Virus record (IMG/VR): IMGVR_UViG_3300047274_000223
Length of the DNA stretch: 64,000 bases
Direction: 5' to 3' (one strand)
Source of the DNA: a virus
Shown here: positions 45,422 through 54,981 of the stretch, piece after piece
How positions within the stretch are numbered: the first letter of the stretch is position 1
Layout of the letters: the number at the start of each line of letters is the position of its first letter
Notes under the pieces: model-generated
Told to the model about the DNA's origin: nothing
Databases searched by the model: none
Seen by the model: the letters and a program-made list of their open reading frames with translations, nothing else
Program-made: the position numbers and the translations under genes

Positions 45422-45675
45422 TGAAGATTATATATAAAGATTGTGCTCCTGATATTGCTAATGACAGAACACTACCATACAATTCATACTTAGTTGAATA
45501 TAAAATGGACGGTTCTATTTGTTATGACCTTGTAATCACAGATAAAAAAGTTGATATCTTTGATTATTATTGGGACCGTTATCGTGAAGATCTTATTTCA
45601 TTTAAACAATCTGAAGGTAGGACTAATCCTAAATTATGGGACATGCCTAAAAAACAAGAAAAGAAAAAGAAATGA
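45421..45675 (+). CDS. conserved cyanophage hypothetical protein
   Basis: TLPYNSYLVEY..DYYWD..GRTNPKLW. Confidence 0.75.
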   Translation: MKIIYKDCAPDIANDRTLPYNSYLVEYKMDGSICYDLVITDKKVDIFDYYWDRYREDLISFKQSEGRTNPKLWDMPKKQEKKKK

Positions 45676-46121
45676 ACTTCAATTTCAACTTTGGAAAGAA
45701 GAAACCAGATAAGAAACAACTATTAATTTTAGGTGTAGTTGTTTCTACAATCATCGCAACTCTATCACAATGTACGGGGGTATCTGAGAATGGACTTTGG
45801 GATTTACTGGATGAGGTTCAAAGAAAGTATTTCCCGCAAAGTGTTCTTAATGACCTTCTACTACAAGATCCTGACAAAGTAAAGCGCAGGGTAGAAAGAG
45901 ACGTTGATAAAGCCTTATTAGATTATCAACGTCTCACTGGTGATACTGGAGAAGTCAAACTTCCACCACCACTTTATTCTGAAGTTGATGGTGTTATGAG
46001 ATTGTGTTCTCCTTGGATGGATGGATGTACTGGAGAACCTTTAGAGAAGTTGGAAGAACAAAAATTAAATTTTGAGTATGGGAAACCAGAAGACTATAAG
46101 ATTAAATTTTTTGGATTTTGA
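45672..46121 (+). CDS. membrane-anchored hypothetical protein
   Basis: LLILGVVVSTIIATLSQC TM segment. Confidence 0.65.
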   Translation: MNFNFNFGKKKPDKKQLLILGVVVSTIIATLSQCTGVSENGLWDLLDEVQRKYFPQSVLNDLLLQDPDKVKRRVERDVDKALLDYQRLTGDTGEVKLPPPLYSEVDGVMRLCSPWMDGCTGEPLEKLEEQKLNFEYGKPEDYKIKFFGF

Positions 46122-46124
46122 TAA

Positions 46125-46406
46125 ATGACTAACAAAATGACAGTGTATCTGGATCCTAGAGGTCCAGCTAAAGATGAAGAGGAAGAACTGCAACAGCAAC
46201 TTGAAGAGCAGGAAAAACAAGAAAATATCGAGAAAGGAATGGCAATCATCAATGGATTGATTGCTTACATAGTAATCCTTCCCCTGCTGTTCATGTTTGC
46301 CTTCAACGTATCCTTGACAAAAATGTTCAGTCTTGATAGGATAGGTTACGTTGAATCCCTAGGGATTGTAATCGTTGCAAGAATTTTGAGAGGAGCAAAG
46401 AAATGA
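46125..46406 (+). CDS. membrane protein
   Basis: Two hydrophobic C-terminal segments. Confidence 0.65.
   Translation: MTNKMTVYLDPRGPAKDEEEELQQQLEEQEKQENIEKGMAIINGLIAYIVILPLLFMFAFNVSLTKMFSLDRIGYVESLGIVIVARILRGAKK
46314..46342 (+). promoter_or_regulatory. sigma70-type promoter upstream of thyX
   Basis: TTGACA-N17-TAGGAT. Confidence 0.6.
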
Positions 46407-47089
46407 GTAAAGTTTGTCTAGTATCTGTCACCCCCGATGCAGAAAAGACAATGGCATACATCGCACGGGTTAGTAATCCTGCGAACCAGGAGAACCCTAA
46501 CTATGCTAAACTTCTAAAGTATTGCATCGAACATAATCACTGGAGCGTGTTTGAACAGTCTACTATGACCCTGGAAATTGAAACCAATCGTGGCATCGCA
46601 GCACAAATTCTTCGTCATCGTTCGTTTACTTTTCAAGAGTTTTCGCAACGATATGCAGATGCTTCTCTTTTGACTGAAGAGATTCCTGTTCCTGAACTTC
46701 GTAAGCAGGATACCAAGAATCGTCAGAACTCTACTGATGATCTTGACCCAGAACTCAAGAGGAGTTTTGAACGTCGTGTGAAGCATGTCTTTGCAGATAT
46801 TATGGATCTGTATGATGATATGCTTTCTGCAGGAGTGGCAAAAGAGTCTGCTCGTTTTGTACTCCCTCTGGCAACTCCGACTCGTATCTATATGACTGGC
46901 TCATGCCGCTCATGGATCCATTATATTAATCTTCGCTCTGCGAATGGCACTCAGAAAGAGCATATGGAAATTGCTGAAGCAGCAAAGAAGATCTTTATCT
47001 GTCAGTTTCCTAGTGTTTCCGAAGCACTTGGATGGTGTCCTGGAGAATGCGAATGTGAAGATGTACAACCTTGTATTAGGATCGATTAA
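46403..47089 (+). CDS. thyX: flavin-dependent thymidylate synthase
   Basis: HWSVFE, QILRHRSFTFQEFSQRY, ARFVLP, HYINLR. Confidence 0.96.
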   Translation: MSKVCLVSVTPDAEKTMAYIARVSNPANQENPNYAKLLKYCIEHNHWSVFEQSTMTLEIETNRGIAAQILRHRSFTFQEFSQRYADASLLTEEIPVPELRKQDTKNRQNSTDDLDPELKRSFERRVKHVFADIMDLYDDMLSAGVAKESARFVLPLATPTRIYMTGSCRSWIHYINLRSANGTQKEHMEIAEAAKKIFICQFPSVSEALGWCPGECECEDVQPCIRID

Positions 47090-47090
47090 A

Positions 47091-47237
47091 ATGAACAATC
47101 AAGAAGTAATTAGTATCGCAAAAGAATGCGGACTAGTCTATAATAACAATCATGATATTTTAGAGTTCTATCAAAAGATTCGTAAAGAATTGAAGAGAGA
47201 ATTTACTGAACTGTCAGAGGTTCATAACACTAAATAA
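47091..47237 (+). CDS. 48-aa hypothetical protein
   Basis: MNNQEVISIAKECGLVY... Confidence 0.5.
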   Translation: MNNQEVISIAKECGLVYNNNHDILEFYQKIRKELKREFTELSEVHNTK

Positions 47238-47250
47238 GAGGAGGTGCATC

Positions 47251-47481
47251 TTGCCAACATATCCCGTTAAAAACACCAAGACTGGGGAAACACAAGAACT
47301 CTACATGTCTATGGCTGACTATGACCAGTGGCGGAAAGATAATCCTGACTGGGAAAAAGATTGGTCTGCTGGAATCGGTGGAGTTACATATGGTAAACCC
47401 AAACAATCTGATGGTTTTAAAGAGGCGATGTCTAGAGTACAGTCGCACCACCCAAGAGCAAACCTATCTCGTTTCACCTAG
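47251..47481 (+). CDS. conserved small protein (TTG start)
   Basis: GGAGGT RBS; MPTYPVKN..TGE. Confidence 0.75.
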   Translation: MPTYPVKNTKTGETQELYMSMADYDQWRKDNPDWEKDWSAGIGGVTYGKPKQSDGFKEAMSRVQSHHPRANLSRFT

Positions 47482-47482
47482 T

Positions 47483-48238
47483 ATGCCAGTAAAAAAGAGG
47501 AACAATAATGCAGTAGTACCTGCAGGAATGAGTGCAAAGCAAATGAGAAGAAAGAAGCCCATTAACAATGAGCATCTTCTTAACATTGAACCATTAACAG
47601 ACAGTCAAAAGTCTGTGTTTGATTGTTGGGCAGAAGACAAACATTTAGTTCTTCACGGTTGTGCTGGTACAGGTAAGACCTTTATCAGTCTCTATCTGGC
47701 TTTAAGAGAGGTATTGAATCCCAATACTCCTTACGATAAAATTTATATCGTTCGCTCTCTTGTTCCTACCAGAGAAATTGGTTTCCTTCCTGGAGACCAT
47801 GAAGATAAATCAGCACTGTATCAGATTCCTTACAAGAACATGGTCAAGTTCATGTTCGAAATGCCAGATGATAATGCATTCGAAATGCTGTATAATAACC
47901 TGAGAACACAGGAAACTATTTCATTCTGGAGTACATCCTACATTCGTGGTGTTACTCTTGATAATTGCATCATCATCGTTGATGAATTTGCAAACCTCAA
48001 CTTCCACGAACTTGATTCTATGATCACTCGTGTTGGCCAGGATGCTAAAATTGTTTTCTCTGGGGATGTTTCTCAGTCTGACCTGGTGAAGCAAAACGAA
48101 AAGAACGGTGTTCTTGACTTTATGAAAATTCTTGAGACGATGGAAGAGTTCTGTTGTATTGAGTTCGGTGTTGATGACATTGTTCGTTCTGGACTTGTAC
48201 GCAACTACATTATTAGTAAATTGAATTTAGGTTTCTGA
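47483..48238 (+). CDS. phoH: PhoH-like ATPase
   Basis: GCAGTGKTF, IGFLPG, RGVTLD, DEFAN, IVRSGLV. Confidence 0.95.
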   Translation: MPVKKRNNNAVVPAGMSAKQMRRKKPINNEHLLNIEPLTDSQKSVFDCWAEDKHLVLHGCAGTGKTFISLYLALREVLNPNTPYDKIYIVRSLVPTREIGFLPGDHEDKSALYQIPYKNMVKFMFEMPDDNAFEMLYNNLRTQETISFWSTSYIRGVTLDNCIIIVDEFANLNFHELDSMITRVGQDAKIVFSGDVSQSDLVKQNEKNGVLDFMKILETMEEFCCIEFGVDDIVRSGLVRNYIISKLNLGF

Positions 48239-48912
48239 TGTTTAATTTTGTTGATCTTCCTGTAACACTTTCCGATATTGAGTCTATTGATAGAGACGGA
48301 CAACGATTCTATCCTGTACCAAACGGAAAGTTTTATCCTTCTATCACCACTGTCACCTCATTTAACAAAGCAGCATTCTTTAAGGAGTGGAGACAAAGAG
48401 TTGGTGCTGAATTTGCAGACAGGAAGACAGCAAGAGCAACAGGAAGAGGTACTGAATTCCATAGTATTGTTGAACATTATTTGAAAAATGAGCACTTTTC
48501 TTCTGATACTTTTAGGCCTCTTCCTTACACGCTATTTCAAGTTGCGAAACCTATTCTTGATCGCATTAATAATATTCATCTGCTTGAAGGGGCTCTATAT
48601 TCCGATTATCTGGGTGTTGCTGGTAGGGTTGATTGTATTGCTGAGTTTGATGGGGATTTAGCAGTCATTGACTTCAAGACATCTGACAAGGAAAAGAAAG
48701 AAGAATGGATTGAAAACTATTTTGTACAGGCAACTGCTTATGCAGTTATGTTTTATGAATTGACTGGTATTCAACCAAAGAAGATTGTAATTATCATTGC
48801 AACTGAAGAAGGTCATTGTCAGGTGATTGAAAAAACAAACCTAGATTATTATTTTACATTATTAAAGGAGTATATTGATGCTTTTACTAGGAGTACCGTT
48901 GATGCAGAATGA
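48238..48912 (+). CDS. PD-(D/E)XK exonuclease
   Basis: YPSITTV, RGTEFH, AGRVD, IDFKTS, QATAY. Confidence 0.85.
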   Translation: MFNFVDLPVTLSDIESIDRDGQRFYPVPNGKFYPSITTVTSFNKAAFFKEWRQRVGAEFADRKTARATGRGTEFHSIVEHYLKNEHFSSDTFRPLPYTLFQVAKPILDRINNIHLLEGALYSDYLGVAGRVDCIAEFDGDLAVIDFKTSDKEKKEEWIENYFVQATAYAVMFYELTGIQPKKIVIIIATEEGHCQVIEKTNLDYYFTLLKEYIDAFTRSTVDAE

Positions 48913-49153
48913 ATCCACAGAAGATAAATTTTTGACCGCGGCCAAGTTCTCTGAAAAGATTGAACGATTGGTCAAAGAATCTGGTGGATTAGTTAATTAC
49001 ATTGAGGCAATAGTTACATATTGCGATGAGAATCAAATTGAATACGAAACCGTATCCAAATTAATCTCTAAACCATTAAAAGAAAAATTAAAGTATCAGG
49101 CACAGAGTCTGAACTATATGAAGAAAACCTCTAGAGGAATCTTACCGTTATGA
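48902..49153 (+). CDS. g33: late transcription coactivator (gp33)
   Basis: FSEKIE..NYIEAIVTYC..KPLKEKL. Confidence 0.88.
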   Translation: MQNESTEDKFLTAAKFSEKIERLVKESGGLVNYIEAIVTYCDENQIEYETVSKLISKPLKEKLKYQAQSLNYMKKTSRGILPL

Positions 49154-49761
49154 CTGGGTTTGAAGTTTATCAGATGTATCTGTCTCTTAAACTTCACTTC
49201 ACTAAAGATGACTACGATTACTTTAGATTCAATGGAAAAACTAGAGCAAGTCAAGCGTCATTCGAGAAACGGAATGACGCTTATTTTTTTAAGAAGCTTG
49301 CATCTAAGTATGACCATGCTAGAATTGAAGAGTATTTCGTGTCGAACTTTGTAAGTGACAACAAGGGATACATCAAGGACATCATTCGTCCTTCGGGTGA
49401 AACCATCTATGCTGAATGGAAAAAGAAACAAGAGAGTTTCCTATATAATTTTAGGGAAGAAATTAGTAGTCTATTAGACAATATTGAAAGTCCCTATGAG
49501 GAAAACTTTGATCAGTTATTTGCCTGTTCAAAGGGTCGTCATCCAATCATCCTTACGTCCTATTTGAGGAAAGAGATAAGTGTAGAGACCTTAATTATTT
49601 TTGAGAATTGTCTGGGATATGTTAAAAGAATCGATAAAACGTTAACAGATCCAGTTTGGAAACAAGTTAGAACTCAAGTAATAAAGTATGCTCCCTTTCT
49701 AAAGATTGATTGTAAGCGATATAAGTCAATCATATTAAGAATAGTTAGAGAGAAAGTATGA
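49150..49761 (+). CDS. g59: helicase loader (gp59)
   Basis: YQMYLSLKLHFT..YDYFRFNGK..FEKRND. Confidence 0.9.
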   Translation: MTGFEVYQMYLSLKLHFTKDDYDYFRFNGKTRASQASFEKRNDAYFFKKLASKYDHARIEEYFVSNFVSDNKGYIKDIIRPSGETIYAEWKKKQESFLYNFREEISSLLDNIESPYEENFDQLFACSKGRHPIILTSYLRKEISVETLIIFENCLGYVKRIDKTLTDPVWKQVRTQVIKYAPFLKIDCKRYKSIILRIVREKV

Positions 49762-50090
49762 GCTTTTTTAATTCTGAAATCGTTCAGGAACAACTACAAT
49801 CAATCTACGACACCTATGTAGATTTACAAAAAGCAGCAGAAGCAATCGGAGATATGCCTAAGGATAAGGCTATCAAACATATCAACAAGACTAAACAACT
49901 TATCGAAAAGCAGAAACTCTTTTATACAAGACTTCAACTATCTTCCATGGAAGATGAGGATGCTGCTGATATGAAGCATCGCATCGATTTAATTACAAAT
50001 ATGTTCGGGTACAACACCCTGTCCGAGTCCCTGGACTCCATGACGGTCTACCTGGACAACGTGCTGGCCTCCCTTGACAGGGGCGACTAA
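49758..50090 (+). CDS. DUF1825-like protein
   Basis: MSFFNSEIVQ..KQKLFYTRLQLS. Confidence 0.7.
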   Translation: MSFFNSEIVQEQLQSIYDTYVDLQKAAEAIGDMPKDKAIKHINKTKQLIEKQKLFYTRLQLSSMEDEDAADMKHRIDLITNMFGYNTLSESLDSMTVYLDNVLASLDRGD

Positions 50091-50102
50091 ATAGGTTATG
50101 AT
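50074..50102 (+). promoter_or_regulatory. sigma70 promoter of gp32 with CTAAATA in the spacer
   Basis: TTGACA-N17-TATGAT. Confidence 0.75.
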
Positions 50103-50170
50103 ATGATGGTTCGGGTGAGGGGGTAACGCCCCACCAATCCAAACAAATACAACAAATACGGAGAATACAA

Positions 50171-51121
50171 ATGTCTTTTGCAACCCTCAAGAAGCAGTCT
50201 AACTCTGTCTTCGAGAAACTGACTAAGGAAGTCGAGAAGATTTCCAATCCTGAATCTGGTTCTAGTGGAGATGAACGTCTCTGGAAACCTGAAATGGATA
50301 AGTCGGGTAATGGTTATGCAGTTATTCGATTCCTACCTGCACCTGAAGGTGAAGATCTGCCCTGGGCAAAGGTTTGGAGTCATGCGTTCCAAGGTCCTGG
50401 TGGATGGTATATTGAGAACAGTCTGACTACTCTCAATAAGAAGGACCCTGTTGGTGAAATGAATCGCCAACTGTGGAACAGTGGAAGTGATGCCGATAAA
50501 GAAATTGCTCGTAAACAAAAGCGTAAACTGAGCTACTATGCTAACATCTATGTTGTGGAAGATCCAGCACATCCCGAGAATGAAGGACGAGTCTTCCTCT
50601 ATAAGTTTGGCAAGAAAATCTTTGATAAAATTATGGCAGCAATGCAACCAGAATTCAAAGATGAAACTCCCATCAACCCCTTCGACTTCTGGCAAGGAGC
50701 AGACTTCAAAGTAAAGATCCGCAAGGTTGATGGTTACTGGAACTACGACAAGTCCGAGTTCTCTCGCCCTGGTACTCTTGGTAACATGAGTGATGATGAA
50801 CTGGAAGCAGTGTGGAAGAAGCAGTATTCTCTGACTGAGTTTACTGATGAGAAAAACTTCAAGACCTTTGAGGAACTTGAAGCACGTCTGAACACTGTAC
50901 TCAATACCCGTGCTCCTGCTCGTCGTGTTGATCAGGAGACTGAAGAGGATGAGATCGTGTCCCGTCCTGCTGCTGCTCCTTCTAGTTGGAATGAAGAGGT
51001 TAGTTCCTTCCGTTCCTCTATGAGTTCTTCTGCTCCTGCTCCCGCACCTTCTCTTCCTACCTTCAGTGAAGATGAGGATGATGACCTGAGTTATTTCGCT
51101 CGTCTGGCCGAAGAAGACTGA
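50171..51121 (+). CDS. g32: single-stranded DNA-binding protein (gp32)
   Basis: DERLWK, AVIRFLP, YKFGKKIF, acidic tail DDDLSYFARL. Confidence 0.96.
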   Translation: MSFATLKKQSNSVFEKLTKEVEKISNPESGSSGDERLWKPEMDKSGNGYAVIRFLPAPEGEDLPWAKVWSHAFQGPGGWYIENSLTTLNKKDPVGEMNRQLWNSGSDADKEIARKQKRKLSYYANIYVVEDPAHPENEGRVFLYKFGKKIFDKIMAAMQPEFKDETPINPFDFWQGADFKVKIRKVDGYWNYDKSEFSRPGTLGNMSDDELEAVWKKQYSLTEFTDEKNFKTFEELEARLNTVLNTRAPARRVDQETEEDEIVSRPAAAPSSWNEEVSSFRSSMSSSAPAPAPSLPTFSEDEDDDLSYFARLAEED

Positions 51122-51150
51122 CAAAAAATCGCCCAGTAAAATAGGCGAAG

Positions 51151-51170
51151 GAATTGTTAAGAATTGTTAA
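51151..51170. repeat. perfect 10-bp direct repeat
   Basis: GAATTGTTAA x2. Confidence 0.8.
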
Positions 51171-51193
51171 AGAGGGTTAACGCCCTCTTTTTT
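51170..51193. terminator. probable bidirectional terminator between gp32 and gp53
   Basis: AAGAGGG-ttaacg-CCCTCTT-TTTT. Confidence 0.7.
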
Positions 51194-51881
51194 ATTCTAG
51201 TTGTGGATCTCCTTCTATATCTAGAACTTTAACATAGTAGAACTCATCATCGTCACCACTCTTCTTGGTATCATCATTGATGGAATCTTCACTAAATTTG
51301 TATGATAAGAGTTTCTCCATCTCATTAATGAAACGATTTACCACGGCTGGATCTAGTAGATAGATTTGTCTCTTTGCTTCATTCTTTTCGTATTCATACT
51401 CATAGTTGGATACTGGTCTTACTAATTGATTACCCGAAATTCTCTGTCCATCTGGCCTTAGAACTGAGTAGGTTCTTTCAACAATTAAACCAGGTTTTAC
51501 AATCTTCACACCATTAAAAATGACTTCTTTTGTTTCCCAATGGTGATTATCGGATAGTCTAGTTCCGTACTTTCTTCTGAGCAAATCTTGGAACTCTGAC
51601 TGCGATAGAGGCCAGTCGGTATATACATTTGTGATATTATTTACTAGTAAAATTATCCACTCATATTCTGGAGTTTTATAAATTCTCTGTGATACTTGAT
51701 ATGGTTTCTCATCTCCTGGAACAGTATACCTTTCAAAAGACATGAATGATTTGATCTTTGTAAAGTCTGCTTTAATTCGCCTAAAGAAATTTTTCATCAG
51801 GACGTATTCCTGATCAAAAGTGTCTTTTGAACCAGGGAATCCAACTCTTACGTTTGGTACGATTGAAAAATAGTTTGCCAT
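51192..51881 (-). CDS. g53: baseplate wedge subunit (gp53)
   Basis: MANYF..KNFFRR..EWIILLVNNI..DWP..HHWET..YEYEKNEAKRQI. Confidence 0.88.
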   Translation of the reverse strand: MANYFSIVPNVRVGFPGSKDTFDQEYVLMKNFFRRIKADFTKIKSFMSFERYTVPGDEKPYQVSQRIYKTPEYEWIILLVNNITNVYTDWPLSQSEFQDLLRRKYGTRLSDNHHWETKEVIFNGVKIVKPGLIVERTYSVLRPDGQRISGNQLVRPVSNYEYEYEKNEAKRQIYLLDPAVVNRFINEMEKLLSYKFSEDSINDDTKKSGDDDEFYYVKVLDIEGDPQLE

Positions 51882-51882
51882 A

Positions 51883-52908
51883 TTAGTAACCGTTAGCTGC
51901 GTCTTCTGCTGTAATATATGATGTTTCTTTGAATGAACAGTCAATTTGAACTGCAGGGACCAGTCCATCACTAGTTGAAACATACTGACCATCTGGTGTA
52001 TAACTTACGTTTAATGATTCCAAAATGCAATCTTTAAACTTGTAGATGTTATTACCAAGAGTTCCTCCACTAGTAAAACCATTATTATTATAGTTTACTC
52101 TCACAATATCAATTCTAAATCTATTTGGGACAGTGAGATAACGTGCTCCGCTACCATTTCCAAATGGTACAGCACCCGCTGCTTGAGCATTTGTCGCTGG
52201 TGCAGCAGCTGCTTGCCCTGCTGCATTTTCTGGGGTGAGTGAACTATCACTATAGTTTGGAAGCATATTCACTTTGAAGAACTTAATGATGTTGTTAATG
52301 TTCTGCGCTTCAATTCTATTTCTTGCCACCATCTTCCACTGGAATGGGTGAGATCTAAAACCAATACCTTGGAAGATCATTTCCTCAAATGGGTTGAAAA
52401 TTTTTCCTTGTGCAGCTGCAGATAGTTGACTTCCAGTTGCTCCTCCAGCAAGACCAATTGTGTTACCTAAATCAGAAGCACCTTTGGCAATAGTGTTAAA
52501 CAATGCTTCTGGCGTAGCATCTCCAGCAGCTGCTTGAATTTCACCAACAACTGCTGTACCAGATTTCCCCAACCCTTCTGCTGCTAGTTTACCAGTTACT
52601 CCAAATGCAACGTTGCTGTAGGTTACGCCATAACTTGAAGCAACATTTTGAGGCATGTATAAAAATACACTATCACCTAGTTTAACTTTATCTTCAATTC
52701 CCTTTGCACCTGCTGCACCTACAGATTGACCTGCATTTGATAAGACTGCTCCTTTATTGTAGTTAATGCTAACAGCAGTGATCTTTAAAAAATCAATGTA
52801 CTCCGTTGGGAATGCTGATCCAGTATTAAAAAGAGTACCCAATCCCATCAATCCTGCATCAGAGGATCCTGTTACTGGTGGTTGTGATGGATAGTAAAAA
52901 TTTGCCAT
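51883..52908 (-). CDS. g48: baseplate tail tube cap (gp48)
   Basis: LYMPQ..NPFEEMIFQG..FR..PNRF..YTPDG..F.E. Confidence 0.85.
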   Translation of the reverse strand: MANFYYPSQPPVTGSSDAGLMGLGTLFNTGSAFPTEYIDFLKITAVSINYNKGAVLSNAGQSVGAAGAKGIEDKVKLGDSVFLYMPQNVASSYGVTYSNVAFGVTGKLAAEGLGKSGTAVVGEIQAAAGDATPEALFNTIAKGASDLGNTIGLAGGATGSQLSAAAQGKIFNPFEEMIFQGIGFRSHPFQWKMVARNRIEAQNINNIIKFFKVNMLPNYSDSSLTPENAAGQAAAAPATNAQAAGAVPFGNGSGARYLTVPNRFRIDIVRVNYNNNGFTSGGTLGNNIYKFKDCILESLNVSYTPDGQYVSTSDGLVPAVQIDCSFKETSYITAEDAANGY

Positions 52909-52909
52909 C

Positions 52910-53344
52910 TTATACCTTTAATTCGTTTTCTGTGAGTATAATGAATTCCCATTGTCTATCATGACAAAATTCTCTTGCTGCCTCCCATTTTGCTTGGTTG
53001 ACTGCATAGGTCATAACCTCAGTGATGTAACGTTTCGTCTTACGCTGTTGTGGTTTAGGGCCATCAACTTGATATTTTGGTTTCACTTCAACTAAGAACT
53101 TTTTCACTTGGTTAGTTTTTGTTCTTACCTTAATGAAGAAGTCTGGAAAGTAACGATGACGTTTCCCATCGACGGGAGAGATGTATGGTATAATTAATTC
53201 TTCACTACCCCACTGCAAAACATTATCATTGGCATCACAGTATTTCATAAATTTTAGTTCCCAGGATGATCTAAAAACTATATTATTTGGATCACCTAAA
53301 TATTTTTTCGGTTTCTGTGGGGTATACTTACCTTTATAGGTCAT
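52910..53344 (-). CDS. g4: head completion nuclease (gp4)
   Basis: YKGKY..FRSSWE..WGSEE..RYFPDF..VEVKP..NQAKW. Confidence 0.92.
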   Translation of the reverse strand: MTYKGKYTPQKPKKYLGDPNNIVFRSSWELKFMKYCDANDNVLQWGSEELIIPYISPVDGKRHRYFPDFFIKVRTKTNQVKKFLVEVKPKYQVDGPKPQQRKTKRYITEVMTYAVNQAKWEAAREFCHDRQWEFIILTENELKV

Positions 53345-53372
53345 AAATAATCATGAGCATACTTTTATTTAT
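53343..53372. promoter_or_regulatory. face-to-face late promoters for gp4 and the tube-initiator gene
   Basis: ATAAATA on + at 53343 and on - at 53372-53366. Confidence 0.55.
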
Positions 53373-53380
53373 CTAAAAAC

Positions 53381-54223
53381 ATGCCAGTTTCAGTAACAGG
53401 ACTATCTGGTGCTAATAGCTATCAAGGATTCAGAAGCCTTGCTGGAAGAGAAACACCATCATTTAATAACCTATATTGGATAAGGTTTAGAACTAAACCA
53501 AATGCATTACCCGCAGGTTATTTTAATGACTTTTTTGTGAATGGAAATACTTCTGGACCTGGACATGATAAGTCTAGATTACTGACATACTATGCTACTG
53601 ATGTAACAATTCCTAGCAGACAGATTACAACTGGAGAGATTAAATCTGTTGGATCTATGTGGAGATATCCAACCTCAACCACCTTCAGTGAGATTAGTAT
53701 TCAGTTCATTGTATCGAGAACATACAAGACTAGAACTTTGTTTGAGAGATGGATGAACTATGCTGCCAACGATGCTAGTCAGAGAGTATCATGGTACGAT
53801 GATATCGTTACTTCTTATATCGATATCTTTAAGTATGAAAGGGGTGGACAGATTCCGTATGATGCGAATGCAATAACTTCATTAGTAAATCCATCTCAAT
53901 TTAATGTATCAACTACCAGTTGGAACAAGATGGTGGGATGCTGGACAATGAAGAATGCATTCCCATTTAACATTAGTAACATGCAACTTCAGGCTGGGCC
54001 CGCAAACTATATGACGATGGAAGTGTCCTTCTATTTTGAAAGGTATAGATTCTTTAAACCTACAAATGAAGGTAAGGAATACACTGCTGTCAATCTTGGT
54101 TCTGTGGGAACTAATGCTTCTCAGGCTGCACAAGCACAAGCAAATACTCAGCAACCTGGTCCAGGGGGACAGACTCAAACCATCACAGCCAACTCAAATG
54201 GAAACGTCACAACTGGTCCATAA
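53381..54223 (+). CDS. tail-tube-like baseplate protein (gp54/gp19-like)
   Basis: IPSRQITT..YP..FSEISIQF..FERWMN..YDD..NAFP. Confidence 0.75.
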   Translation: MPVSVTGLSGANSYQGFRSLAGRETPSFNNLYWIRFRTKPNALPAGYFNDFFVNGNTSGPGHDKSRLLTYYATDVTIPSRQITTGEIKSVGSMWRYPTSTTFSEISIQFIVSRTYKTRTLFERWMNYAANDASQRVSWYDDIVTSYIDIFKYERGGQIPYDANAITSLVNPSQFNVSTTSWNKMVGCWTMKNAFPFNISNMQLQAGPANYMTMEVSFYFERYRFFKPTNEGKEYTAVNLGSVGTNASQAAQAQANTQQPGPGGQTQTITANSNGNVTTGP

Positions 54224-54267
54224 ACATAGATAAATAATTTTATCGATATTATTACTTTGGAGTAATT

Positions 54268-54981
54268 ATGCCTTTACCTAAATTAGTGGTTCCTGAATAT
54301 GAATTGGAATTACCATCTTCAAAAGAAACTGTCAAGTATCGTCCCTTTCTAGTTAAGGAAGAGAAACTTCTTCTTACTGCCATGCAACTCGGTGAAGAGA
54401 AGGATATGATGAATGCAGTTAAAACTATTATTAAAAACTGTACCAATCTCAAGTCTAGAGTTGAAGAACTTTCGACCTTTGATATTGAATATGTGTTCCT
54501 AAAGATTCGTTCGAAGTCTGTCGGTGAAGTTTCTAAGGTTATGGTAACTTGCCCTGATGATGGTGAGACTGAGGTTGAAGTTGAAATTGATCTGGAAGAA
54601 ATTGAAGTTAAGTTCCCAGCAGATCATACCAACAAGATTGAATTGACCGATGATGTTGGTGTGATTATGAAGTATCCCTCTCTTGATACTTTCATTAAAC
54701 TCAATTTTGCTGGTGAAGATATTACTGTAGAGAATATGTTTGACCTTTCTGTTCAATGTATGAGTCAGATTTATGAAGGTGAAGACATTCATGACTGCCG
54801 TACATATTCCAAGAAAGAACTGATGGACTTCTTGGAGAGTCTAAAGAGCGATCAGTTCCAGAAACTACAGAACTTCTTTATGACGATGCCAAAACTAGAG
54901 CATGATATTGAGATTGAGAATCCTAAGACCAAAGTGAAGTCTACTGTTAAATTAGAAGGATTAGGAAGTTTTTTCGCGTAG
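54268..54981 (+). CDS. g26: baseplate hub subunit (gp26-like)
   Basis: MPLPKL..YRPFLVKEEK..FDIEYVFLKIRSKSVGE..CPDD..MKYP..LEGLGSFF. Confidence 0.88.
   Translation: MPLPKLVVPEYELELPSSKETVKYRPFLVKEEKLLLTAMQLGEEKDMMNAVKTIIKNCTNLKSRVEELSTFDIEYVFLKIRSKSVGEVSKVMVTCPDDGETEVEVEIDLEEIEVKFPADHTNKIELTDDVGVIMKYPSLDTFIKLNFAGEDITVENMFDLSVQCMSQIYEGEDIHDCRTYSKKELMDFLESLKSDQFQKLQNFFMTMPKLEHDIEIENPKTKVKSTVKLEGLGSFFA

Noticed and set aside
48238-48912. Cas4-like exonuclease as a sign of CRISPR
   Set aside because: Core T4-like exonuclease; no repeat-spacer array was seen anywhere in the window.
50333-51124. 263-aa minus-strand ORF opposite gp32
   Set aside because: Codon-mirror shadow; no motifs.
52910-53380. 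No gp2 gene beside gp4, and no psbD after psbA
   Set aside because: Either may lie outside the window; absence cannot be established from 64 kb.
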